This document shows, piece after piece, positions 10,332 through 21,809 of a stretch of DNA of 64,000 bases. Position 1 is the first letter of the stretch. Each line of letters opens with the position of its first letter. The notes beneath the pieces are model-generated. The model was given only the letters and a program-made list of their open reading frames with translations, had not been told where the DNA came from and did not search any database. Location: the NCBI RefSeq assembly GCF_000143415.4, contig NW_003314380.1, positions 268,924 to 332,923 on the forward strand, given 5' to 3'. The position numbers and the translations under genes are program-made. Source of the DNA: Selaginella moellendorffii. Lineage: Eukaryota > Plantae > Lycopodiophyta.

Positions 10332-12341
10332 ATGGCGATTGGAATGAAGATTCTCCTCTTGCTCCTGGTGATCAATGCCGCGGCGTTTGCGCGCCGCGAG
10401 GATGAGCAGCAGCGGCACGAGCATCGTCGGCAGCGCGAGCGCCACCAGCGGATGTTCGAGGATTTGAAGCCCCAGGAGCCCCGCGTGGAGCTGGAATCCG
10501 ATGGGGGCAAGCTCGAGGTGTGGGGCGGGCGTGGATCGGGCGTGTTTGAGGACGCCAATGTCGCTGCGTGTAGGACGACTCTCAAGCGCCGCGGCCTCTG
10601 GCTCCCTTCCTACATCGATGCTCCCTCAATGCAGCTCGTTACTCGAGGTAAACGTCAAGACTATCTTCTTGATGGTTCGATCTTCCTTTCATAAATTTTT
10701 CTTTCCTTGCCATCCTTAATTCCTGGAGTTCCAATCGTGGTGAAAGTAAATTTTCTTGTTTTTTTCTTTTGATCTCCCTCTTCTTGATCAGTTCCTCTTT
10801 TGATCTCTCTCTTCTTGATCAGTTCCTTGTTCTTCAACCAATTTTCGTTGTTCTTCCTTGTTCTTACAGACGGCAACTTTTCCTTAACCAAATGTGTTCT
10901 TCAATGCAGGATGTGGAAGAGTTGGAGTCATCAGCTCTCGTGGCGATCGTCGTAGTCAAGAAACCACCTTCAAAGTTGAGAAGGGTGATGTCGTTGCAGT
11001 CCCGCAGGGAGTGGTCGTCTGGTGGTACAACGATCAAGACCGAGATCTAGAGATCGTTGGACTTGCCGACGTTACCGAGAGCACTCGTCCCGCGAGCCTT
11101 CGAGTAAATTTCATCCATATTTCCTTTCCATTCATGATCTTTGCTTGCGTTTCTTTGCAGGCTTTTCACTTGGCTGGAGGAAAGCAAGAAGGTCAGCAGC
11201 GCAAGGAGGAAGAGCGAAGGAGGGGTCGCGAGGAGGAAGAGGACCAGCGAAGGAGAGGCCGCGAGGAGGAAGAGGAGCAGCGCCGCCAGCGTCGGGAGGA
11301 CCAGCGTCGCGAGGATCAGCGTCGGGAGGATCAACGTGGTGAACGCAGCGAGCAATCTGGATATGGAGCGGTCATCCACGGATTCAGCACCGAGGTTCTC
11401 TCTCGCGCCTGGCAGATGGACAAGAGCACTGTCAAGGAGTTGCTTCAAAGCCAGAGCGAGATGGGAATCATCCGACTCGACAAGGACATCACTTTCCCAG
11501 ACCAGGAAGAGCGAGATAACACCTTCTACCAGAACTTCATCTATCGATTCGGCAAAACGAATCCTGACATTCGCGTCCGGGATGGTGGTGAGCTCCGCGA
11601 GCTAAACAGCTACAAGCTTCCGGTTCTCAAGCAGCTCGGACTTGGAATGGAATGCGTGCAGCTCGAACAGGTACCAAAAGATTCTCATTTGTCTTCGCGA
11701 TCTTCATGTATCTCTTGTGTTTCAGGACGCTATGGTTTCTCCGAACTGGTTCCGTGCTCATCAGATCCTCTACGTTATGGAAGGACGTGGAAAGATCGAG
11801 GCTGTGTCTAACGATGGAGAGAGGGCTCTCGACACCGATCTTGAGAAGGGATCCCTCGTTGTCATCCCGGCGTTCTTCCCGTCGACGAAGATTGCCGGAA
11901 GCGAAGGATTTCACTACGTCTCTTTCCTCACCACGGACAAGTGAGCATTTCTTTCGCTTTGTTTCTCCAGCTTCTAATGCTTCCATGAATGATCTCAGGC
12001 CGATGATCTCCTACATGTCTGGAAGGAACTCCGTCTACCAGGGCATTCCTCTGCGTGTTCTCTCTCGCATCTTAAACGTGGACGAGGAGCGCGCTAAGCA
12101 GGTCCAGCGCGCTCACGAGAGGGAATCCGTTATCTTTCCCTCCGAGTCTTCGGCTGCGCGCCGCCGCGACGGGCAGCGAGATCCTCGCCGTCGAGAAGAC
12201 GAGAAGCGGCGCCACGAGGAAGAGGACGAGTCTCGCCGCCGCCATCGTGAGGAGAAACGTCGCGAGGAAGAAGAGGAGGATCGTCGCCGCAAGAGAGAGA
12301 GCGAGGACGAGTCCAAGCGTCGTGGTGCGTGGGCTCTGTAG
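10332..12341 (+). CDS. Secreted legumin-like (11S-type) bicupin storage protein; exons 10332-10647, 10910-11103, 11161-11670, 11726-11940, 11999-12341
   Basis: Signal peptide MKILLLLLVINAAAFA. Cupin 1 contains KGDVVAVPQGVVVWWYND and GFSTEVLSRAW. Cupin 2 contains DAMVSPNW, YVMEGRGKIEAV and SYMSGRNSVY. There are R/E/Q-rich inserts. All four GT-AG junctions keep the frame. Confidence 0.9.
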
Positions 12342-12649
12342 ATAAAATGGTGGCCGCTTGTGTGTAGATAAGCCTCTGTGCAGTTGTTGCGAAGAATAAA
12401 TATATAAACAGAGCGTGTTTGTGTGATTTTCACTTGGTTGTCAGTTTGGTCTGGAAATTGTTGTCTGTTTGTCTAAAAATTGCTGTTGGCAAGCTGGGAT
12501 TCATAATAGTAACTAAGGTTTTGTATGATTTAGATAGACACATTCCTGACGTAGATGCTTTTGTAAAGAATATACCTAGAATAGCAAAGTATATTTTAAA
12601 ATATTCTTTAATTGCGTGAAATTATATTGTCCTCTTTTCCATGTGGGGA

Positions 12650-13020
12650 TCAAGCTCCAGATCTCACCAGCGACCAGCACCGTCCAAGTTAGTGGATCTT
12701 TCACGGGAATGGAGTCGAATACCTGCTGGGAGCCGCTGGATCTTCAGCGCCTTCCATACGCGTCCACTAGGCAAGCTTCATTCGCGCTCAATCAGGCTGT
12801 GCTGGTAAGCCTCCGCATGGATCAACCAAACACTTGCTCCCGGAAGCTTTGAGCGCTGCCACCATAGTTGAAGATACTGGCTTTTGATCCGCGAGAAGAG
12901 ATCCAGAGTCACTCTTACTTCACTGTTGTGTCAGCCAGCATGATCGAGGTCCACAACCAAGTCGTCCTAGCTCTTGAGCGCCATACTATCGAAAGCTCTT
13001 CCCTTCTCCTTGACTGGCTT
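12650..13020 (-). pseudogene. PLS-class PPR gene relic
   Basis: Minus-strand pieces GRAFDSMALK, TLDLFSRI, TMVAALKA, LIHAEAYQH and CLVDAYGRR*...QQVFDSIPVKDPLTWTVLVAG follow PPR consensus, with stops and frameshifts. Confidence 0.7.
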
Positions 13021-13099
13021 GGATGCAAGTATCATAAAGGTGATCCTTAGAAAGCAAAGCATTGTTTCATGCATGACTTACACGAGCGATTGTTTGTAG

Positions 13100-13446
13100 C
13101 CCGATATCGCTGCTCCAGGCGTTGATATTCTAGCAGCCTGGCCAACCAACATATCAATTCCAACTTATGGAGCTTACGATGAGTACGCACTTCTCTCAGA
13201 GACATCGATGTCCACTCCACATCAAATCAATCCATCCCGAATGGAGGCCCGCAGCACTAAAATCTGCACTCATGACAACAGGTAGCTCATCAAACAATTG
13301 CCAAAGATATGCTCATCACCAATTCAATGTAGCAAGCACTAGGAATAACAATAATGCCACAATATCAAGACCAGAAACTATCCCATCCAATCCATTCGGC
13401 TTTGGCTCCAGCCCTAAAAGCAGTTGATCCAGGACTTATGTTTAAT
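13100..13446 (+). pseudogene. Subtilase (S8) gene fragment
   Basis: PDIAAPGVDILAAWP...LLSETSMSTPH, then a deletion with frameshift, then IKSIHPEWRPAALKSALMTT...NPFGFGS...KAVDPGLMF. Only the catalytic-Ser region remains. Confidence 0.85.
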
Positions 13447-15386
13447 GGTTGAGAAGAGGATTGGCATATTAAATATTTGTAAGCTCATGAGTTTAGACTT
13501 CCCAAACCTAATATTATTCAACTAAATATTTCAAAACCCTTAATCAACTTGATAAAAGGGTGCACTTTTATTTATAGGCCCTTTTATAAAATATAAGAAT
13601 GGAATATGGAAATGTGCATATTAATTAGCCTAAAGCCCCTAGCTTATAATCCTGCTATATTAATATTAATATACATCGTTGTAATTATACTTTTGGACCT
13701 CACATATGGATATAGATTTAAATCTAAATTATCAAAATAAATATAACCATTATTTATTTTATATATTTTATCAGTATATGTTTAACTTTGCCAACTATAC
13801 CATGAATCTTTTGTTATAAATTCTTCTTTCCCTCTAACTTAAAACTTAATAAAGTTAATTAAAATATATTTAAGATCTTAGTAAGTTTTTAATTATATTA
13901 AAATTATCATTTAATGTTTTTCTCTAAATAATAGAATTTCCATATATATATATTACATCTCTGTAGAGCATTTATCATATCTGGTTTCCAATTAACTAAA
14001 AACATTATTATAAAAAAATCAAATATATACATACTTGGTTTAAGTTGAATAAATTTCCTGGCAAGAATCTAATTTTAAATAATTATTTTAAATTATAAGT
14101 AGTCAAATTTCTTTTTCTAAGTTTCCAATGAAATAAAATCAAAATAAATAAATTAAATCTCTCTTAAATTTTAGAAAACCTTATATTCTAGGCATAACAT
14201 TGAATTTTACACATAAATGAATAAATTCTATATTAGTTAAGACTTTATTCTTATAGATTCACTTCATCAACTTTAAGTTCCATTTTTGCCTTTAATACAT
14301 TCCTCCTCACTAGAAAACCTCTTAGTGTTCTTGTGGCCATAGTGACTCCTTCTGCTGTTTGACTTCTTTATAATTAAAACTAGGCAAATGAGAAGAGTAG
14401 GAAGCCCTCCAAAGGAGAGGCCTTTGAAAATAATTAAGAGAAACCATTGGGGTGGGGGGTTTATGTTAGAGTTGCTATCTTTGAACAAAAATTTGGACAA
14501 AAAGAAGTTGGTCATACATATCTGATTTACAAAAGAAGATTCAGAGTCAGGTTAAGCTAGATCATGATGTCTATAAGTGGTTCAACCCTGGTTTCTTAAA
14601 TTTTAGACATTATTAACCAAGGTAGAAAACCTTAAGAAAACAATGCACCAAGATTTGTTTGGAACCACCCACGGCTTTATAGCATGGTTTAGGCACTTAT
14701 AAATATTTTATAAAATCATATTTTTTTGTCTTTTATATCTTATCAAAGTTTTACAATGAAATCAGTTCGATGGGAACTGGACAGCATATTGGCACTGGCC
14801 CATGCCCTAGAATTGGCTTCTATTGGCTATGGTACTTGTCATGGCAAAGTGCATTCCATGGCCTTAGTTGCATACTAGTGTTGGCCCTAGCCATGGCCAT
14901 TGGTGCTGGCTGTAATGGCATAGGAGAAGAGAGATTTGAATCAGTGGTAGAAACTATTATATATTTCATTCAAATTTTGATTGTTGGTAATGACTCCAAA
15001 ATGGAAAAAATATATAATAAAAAAAAGAAGAATTATTTTTTAGTTGATAAAGTAAAACGGTTTTGTAAGGTCAAACCCCAATTAATATACCTATTCCTAT
15101 ATCCCAAGAACTCATAATGGCTTTCAAAAAGGTCATAAGTTTACCTCTTAAAAAGATTTTTATATCTAATTTATTTTAAAAATAAAAGGGGGTATAATTA
15201 TGTCACATTTCGTTTAACACAGATATAAAACAACTTTAGAAAATTTACTATCTATAAACATTATGTTAGAAGCTAGTAACATATCAAAGAAGTTTCATAT
15301 CTTCATCCAAGGTGAAAGGTTAAATTAGTTTCGTATTCAGACTTAGGGTTAGGCAAAAGTGGTGGGAAAAAGCCCTAGGGTTTAAA

Positions 15387-15750
15387 GTGATAGCAATGGC
15401 TGGTGGAGTGAGAATTGTCCGTGTTCAAGATGGCGATTGTAAAGCGCTTTACTTCAGCAATACCATTGAAATGGCAAAATCATTCAGGGTAGGGTTGTCA
15501 TTTGCAAAAGTGATAAAAAACCCTTTGCTCCTAAGTCATGTGACGATTATGGAATTGTGTAAGGTAGACTGGTAAAAGGTATAGGACAACACCACTCCTA
15601 GCATCACACTCACTCACTGCAGGAACCAGGGCATAAAGGGTGGTGCCCAGAAAGGGCAAACCGCAGATGGGCATGGCTCTAGTTCCCAAGATGAGTGGGG
15701 TGTAATGAATGGCAATGGGGGGCATGCTGCCTAGGATGGGCAAGGTGTAG
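15387..15750 (+). pseudogene. 5' part of an unknown decayed ORF interrupted by the LTR retrotransposon
   Basis: One frame runs from 15387 to the TSD with three stops. It ends DGHGSSSQDE...DGQGV and joins in frame to EDGNGQDGNGSEGQDE beyond the 3' LTR. Confidence 0.55.
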
Positions 15751-15909
15751 TGTTAGGGTGTGGCCACTGAGAGAGTGAGAGAGAGAGAAGGAATATTTTG
15801 GTCTTTAGAATATTCCCCATCAAACCCTTGCAGGGGGGTTGCATAGAGCATTGAAGCATTTCTTGTGTTTGAGCGAGTGTTGGGGGAGGAACCCTTCCTT
15901 CCCCTAACA
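15751..15909 (+). repeat. 5' LTR (159 bp)
   Basis: Starts TGTTAGGG and ends CCCTAACA (8-bp inverted termini). It aligns with 23509-23695 apart from indels. Confidence 0.85.
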
Positions 15910-15911
15910 AA

Positions 15912-15928
15912 TGGTGAACCCGGTGTGA
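15912..15928 (+). other. Primer-binding site complementary to tRNA-Trp
   Basis: TGGTGAACCCGGTGTGA lies 2 nt after the LTR. The complement of the plant tRNA-Trp 3' end, recalled from memory, is TGGTGAACCCGACGTGA; the first 11 nt match perfectly. Confidence 0.8.
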
Positions 15929-17220
15929 CACACAACACTTTCGGAAGCATCATTTCTCTCTTTTTCTTTTGGCCACAGACTTTGGGAATCAATTTCTTGT
16001 TCGTCTTGCGGTGGTTTAGTTTAATCTTGGGCGTGTTGGATAGGTCTAAAGCTCCTCTTTCCAACAAGGTATAGAGTTCGTCAAGCCGTGCAGTATTTGA
16101 AGAGATACAATGTTTCTTGGCTTGGTCGAATGAACATTTTGGGGTTTTCACTTTTTCGCCTTGATCCTTGGCCTAATTTCCCAAGGTAGTGGATTTGGGC
16201 TTGTAGATCTGGTCTAGATCTTCAAGTAGTGGTGATTATTGGCACTAGATTTGGGCGAATTGACGGTATGCAAAAGGATTTTCTTCTCTAGCTAGATTGG
16301 GTCATCTTTGTAGCAGGAATTCATGCTCTTCCGGGCTTTGTTTTGGATGCTGTTTGTTTCTAAAAGGTGCTCATGGTCCTAGACTTTCTAGAAATACCAA
16401 TGGCGCCTCAGTATCAATCTACATCACGGACATGCATATGTTTTTTCACAATGTTGGCATTCTGGGCTACCTCTTTGTGGATTTTAGGGAATATTGAGGT
16501 GGCTTCTTCCCAAATTCCTATGATAGAGGGTAGACGGGGCTGAGCTTTTTCCAACGAGCCCACCAACAATCAAAATGGAGAAGGATCAAGACCAGAGGAC
16601 TCATTTTTCTCTTTTGGGTTAAACTTTGTTGGGGGTTCCTTGGGAACAAAGCAATCTTCAAGGAACAGGTAACCATAGGAACAGGAATAGGAGGAGCAGG
16701 AACAAGAGTTGGCATAAGAATAGGGATAGTAGGAACAAGCATAGGGATAGGAGTTGGTGTTAGAGTAGGTGCAGGAGTAAAAGTGAGAGTAGGTGGTTAC
16801 CGGTTACAGTCCCCAGTTACTTGTTACCAATTACTGATTACTGGCTAGTCCATCAGCTACTTCGGCGGTTATCCCACGGGTCAATGGTTATATATGCTTG
16901 AGGCCTATATCTCTGTTTTCACCCTTATTCCTCTTTGTCACAGGCATTTTGGGCAACTTTGCGCAACTTGAGCACTAGCCTACAATCTTCTTGCTCTTGT
17001 CAACCTAGTTGCTTTGACCGGGCATTTGCAGTGTTCAGGGTATTTGATGCTAGTACAAACTAGATGTATGATAAATTGGCACCCTTTTACCATACTTTGA
17101 GGCCCTAAGGTACAAAGTAAACTTTCTAACATCCAAAGGGAGTTTAGGTACAACACTACACTTTCTTGGGCCGAGTCCTCTTCATCCTCAGCAGATTTCA
17201 GTGACTTAGATCTACGACCT

Positions 17221-18560
17221 ATGGCACAGCCACCTTTAGCTCGACCTCAGCTCTATGTTCTGTAGAAGGGGAGTGATCTGCCGACCTTCTTAGGTGTTGG
17301 AACAGTCTCTCCAACATTGCATATCAGTCGCTTTGATTACTACTACACCACAAACATAATCGTCGACGATGATCGTATGTGCTACAACTTCTTGCAATTT
17401 CTTGAAGGCAAAGTAGCAATTTAAGCAAATTCTCTCCTCCCAGAGGACTGGATAGACTTCTAGACATTACTTGCTTCTTTCAGAGATTGCTTCATTGAAG
17501 AAAAACCCACAAATCGGCTACTTGTCGACCTCTTTTCGTTCCAACAGGGTACTCACGAGTCTATTCCTGACTACATCACATGGTTTTGAGCTTACTAGAA
17601 GTAGTGTTGGGATCATAGAGTGGTCCAAGATGAGCAACAGGGGATCACAGCATTCACAGCGGGTCTACGTGGGAACTTGCAGCGGAAACTTCTTAAGAAG
17701 ATGTTCAGGTCTTGCCGCAAGGCATTTTCATTTGCCATGAAGCTGGAAAGAGAGTTTCTTGTCAACCTGGGGATTGTTAGGGTTGATTTCGACCAAACCA
17801 TCACCCCATCAGAGTCACCTTGTGCAGCTATTTGCCTGTCCACAACAAAGCCCATCGCTATTGAGCATACACCTCCGACTATTGAGAACTTTGCCAACAA
17901 GATGTGGCAGCTAAAGGAGATCATTCTCCAGCAGCAATCACACCATGACAAACTGCTCCAGGAGCTGGTGGAGTCCAGGAAAGAGGCTGCTACAGCTCGG
18001 GAATGTAGATTTAAATCCCGTTGGTGCACTCACTACGAGACAAACACACACAACACATAGTGTTGCTTCAGGCTTCACCTAGAGCTTTGGCCTCCATCTT
18101 CTCAGCGTGTTCAACAACATCCCTTCATTGATAATTCAACATCGTCTCAGGGTCCAGAGACATATCAAGAGCAGTTGGAGTGACAAGCAATTGAGGTGGC
18201 CACTTCATCAAGCAAAGGCAAGGCACCAGCCTCATCGGTCAACATGATTTTGGTAGCTGAGGAACTCTATAGACAACAACAGCAAATGGTAGTCACTTGA
18301 GCCCAAGTAAAGAAGAAGGCAGCCACACAGCCTGGCATCGATCACCTGGCGTCAGTTGAGAGTGAATCTCTGTCGGCACCAAATCCAGTGACACAGATGG
18401 TGGCTTGTAAGCTCCCCTTCAAGTCACTACTCTCTTCTCCTCTTGAGATCTCACCAACAACTATTCCTATTTTGGAGCCAGTTCTCCAATAGTTGGTTGA
18501 CATTCTTGTCACCTTTTCGCTCCGAGACATGTTGTGTCTTGTCCCGGGATTTAGCCAGCA
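17221..18560 (+). pseudogene. gag: gag relic
   Basis: LPTFLG, FLEGKVAI*ANSL, LFSFQQGTHESIPDYITWF and a degenerate Zn knuckle WCTHYETNTHNT*CC, with several in-frame stops. Confidence 0.8.
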
Positions 18561-18588
18561 TTTAGGGTTTAGGGTTTAGGGTTTAGAG
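18561..18588 (+). repeat. Interstitial telomeric tract (TTTAGGG)3 TTTAGAG
   Basis: Read directly from the sequence, between gag and the protease. Confidence 0.9.
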
Positions 18589-18592
18589 GAGT

Positions 18593-19096
18593 TTGCACAA
18601 AGAGAGCACTCTAAAGAGGACTCCTCAAGACGTGCACATTGTTGATATGACAAGATATGGTGGAGATCCTGGTCTATTCTTTGTCATGGTGCAGATTGGT
18701 ACTTCCTCTTGCAGGATGGATGCTTTGGTTGACTCCGGTTCTGGAAGCAACATTATCTCTCTCGAAGATGCCCTTTTAGCACAGCTACAGATCATTGAGA
18801 GCTTCCCCATCATGCTTAAGACCTTTGCCAACCACACTGTTCCTCCAGCGGGCATTTGCTGTGGTGTTAAGGTCTCTATGCAAGGTGTTATTTCTGAGGT
18901 GGATTTCCTCGTGGTTGACTACCAATGTCTTGGAACGTTCTCTTTGAAAGACTCTATCATCCTTGGCCATTCATGGCAAGTCACAACCCATTGCACCATT
19001 GACAGCGCACAAGGCAAGATGGAAATTAGCGATGGAACCCACAACACCACCTTTCTCAACAACCATGGTAGAGCTCTTTCTCAGCAAGCCCAGTAG
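18593..19096 (+). pseudogene. Retrotransposon aspartic protease
   Basis: DALVDSGSGSNIIS, EVDFLVVD and IILGHSW. Confidence 0.9.
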
Positions 19097-19874
19097 GCTT
19101 AGAATAAGATGGCCTCCACACCATACTTTCCTCCTGAGCTCACAGAGGTTTTTCCTGAGTTGGCGGTGGAATCAACCATATATATGACTAATGCTTTCTC
19201 ATACAATGCAATTAACATGGTTGGAGGTGAGTCAGATAGCCTAAGACATCTCTCAACTTCACTCTCTTTATTTGAGAGTAAGGCTAAGCCCCTCGCCACG
19301 CCCTCTTTATTTGATGGCAGGGCTTATAGGGTACAAGCTCCCATATCCAGCTTTTCGGAGTGTTTCTCGATAGAGGAAGGGCTTCTCGACTCGTTCTTGC
19401 ATGGGACCAACTCTCTCTTATGGAGCTAGATGACACAGTCACTCCAGACCAGGCCCATCTTTCACAAGACACAATTGAACTCAATTCTCCTCAGCAACTA
19501 TCTGAGGTGTCACACAGCTAGCATCTTCCTACTAAAATCGCGGTAGTTGACGACTTCAAGCATATTTTGTCATGCTCTTGGAGACGGAAGATGACATCCA
19601 GACACACAACTGACATGAAGAATCAAGCCAATTGAATGTGCTGCATATGAGTTATAGCTCTTTGAGTTCAGAATTTTCTACTGTGGTGCCCCCGGTACAG
19701 ATCCAAGGATATTACATTGAAACTTTAGCACCAGACTTGGACTAGACTTTGGTGGAGGATTTTCCTTCGCTTGCGGAGTACTTGGCTACAGTCCTTGCAT
19801 TGGACATTGAGCGCTCTGAGCATTAGAAGAAAAGAGAACAATAAACAAAGACTCTGGATCCAACAGCAACGTTC

Positions 19875-20450
19875 TTGCCTGACTTGCTAGAGATTGTCTT
19901 GCCGGATGTGGTGTCCCCAGCATCTTTATTTGAAGAAGAGGGCACTCCTATGATTACAGCTTATTTTGACAGTGCTTTCTGCCCCAAAAACCAAGTTGCT
20001 GGCATTGGAGTTTGGATGATTGATTCTGCGGAGAACAAAGTAGCTAACCTCTCTATCACTTTGCCAGCAACATCAACTAATGAAGCAGAGTACTTGGCGG
20101 CTATTAGTGCCATGAAGTTGGCCACAAATCTCAAGTTTAGGCGAGTCACTTTCGTTAGAGATGCGCAACTCATCATATGCCAACTTACTGGAGAATACCA
20201 AGTCCACAAAGAGAACTTGATAGAGCTATGGCAGCGGGTGGTCAACCTGAAGGATGAGTTCTCTCATGTGACTTTTCAGAGTGTCCCTCATGAAGAAAAC
20301 TTTTGGGCGGACAAGTTATCACATCAAGCAATCACCATGATGCCAAAGGTAAAAGGCACTCCCTACTCTTTGGTTTCCAAGGTCAGGGAGGAAGCTAAGA
20401 TAGATGAGCCCCCTGAGCCCAAGGTTTCTCCATGCCATTTTCCTAGGTGA
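19875..20450 (+). pseudogene. Additional (archaeal-type) RNase HI domain
   Basis: AYFDSAF...AGIGVW, STNEAEYLAAI, RDAQLIICQLTGEYQV and VPHEENFWADKLS. The D-E-D-D residues are recognisable. Confidence 0.88.
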
Positions 20451-21600
20451 TGACAAGGACCCGGTCTTTATCGCTACATCGCTTGCTTCAACAAACGCAG
20501 CAAAGTTCTTGGATCTCCTTCACTATTTCAAGGACGTGTTTGCTTGGGACTACAACCAGCTTCTAGGAGTTCCCATGGACACAATCATGCATAGTATTGT
20601 GCTTTCAAAGACAACGAAACCAGTCCATCAAAAGATGCAGCATTTCAGCCCAGCAGCTCACTCCGAGATGAAGTTGGAGATCGAGCGACTTCTGGCAGCC
20701 AGCTTTATTTACCCTTTGGAGAGCTCAGAGTGGGTGGCCAATCTTGTTCCTGCATGCAAGGCAAATGGAAAACTCCGCCTGTGCGTTGATTTTCAAGACT
20801 TGAACAAGGCAACTGTGAAAGATCACTTTCTGACTCCATTTATCGATGCGATTGTGGATGAGATGGCTGGACACCATTACTACTCTTTTATGGGTGGATT
20901 TTCAAGGTAAAACCAGATCTTCATTCATCCCAATCATCAAGATCTTATGGCCTTCCAGACACCTTGGGGTGTCTTTGCTTTCAATGTCCTCTCGTTTGGC
21001 TTGTATAATGCCGGAGCTACTTTTTAGCGCTTTATGACTCATGCCTTTCATGACTTGATTGGAGGTGACTTAAGGGTGTATATGGATGATCTATGCATGA
21101 ACTCTGACTCCTTTGAGGACCACCTTGTGCACTTGGAGCACATCTTCACTCGCTGTCGACAACATAGGTTTTCATTGAACCTGGCAAAGTGTAAATTTGG
21201 GGTGACTGAAGGCCGGTTATTAGGCTTTGATGTCTCGCAGGAGGATCAAGCCCCAGGTAGCCCAGGCTCAAGAGATTCTGGATCAGAACCCACCAACCAA
21301 CGTGAAGCAACTTCACAGCTTCCTTGGGCAAACAGGTTTCTTTCGCCATTTCCTCCACAACTATGTTGCACGTTCATGGCCTTTGATAGCTCTACTACAA
21401 GACTACGTTCTATTTTTCTGGGGTGAGTCCCAGCAACAAGCCTTTGAATCACTTAAGCAATCACTCCACATGGCCCCAGTACTCCAACCACAAGAGCAAC
21501 AACTTCCTTTTGGCATCTACATCACAATGGGTACAGAGGCTTTTGGAGTATGCCTTTGCCAATGTTCATAGCCTGGCAAGCCACCACATGCAACATACTA
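20404..21600 (+). pseudogene. Reverse transcriptase and connection region, with stops and frameshifts
   Basis: KANGKLRLCVDFQDLNKAT, SFGLYNAGATF, RVYMDDL and LHSFLGQTGFFRHFL. Confidence 0.92.
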
Positions 21601-21809
21601 TGCCTCGTGGATGAGGAAAAAAAGCAATGGCTGTTGTTTACACCTTGGAGTGATTTCATCACTTTCTCGCTGGAGCCTGTATCCATTTCCATGTCTATTT
21701 TAATGTGCTAACCTTTTTTTTACAGCGACCGGTTCACAGTCCTCATACTTTATCTTGGATTGTGACCATCCAAAAGTTTCAGCCAAGTTTTCACATGTAG
21801 TAGAAGCGT

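Noticed and set aside
14770-15117. 115-aa ORF with GGCC/CATGG-rich low-complexity sequence
   Set aside because: It has no recognisable domain and runs into AT-rich, low-complexity DNA.
17071-17090. Second PBS-like TGGCACCC, suggesting a nested element
   Set aside because: It is not preceded by a clear LTR end (CA), and no matching second LTR was found. It is kept only as a caveat on the element model.
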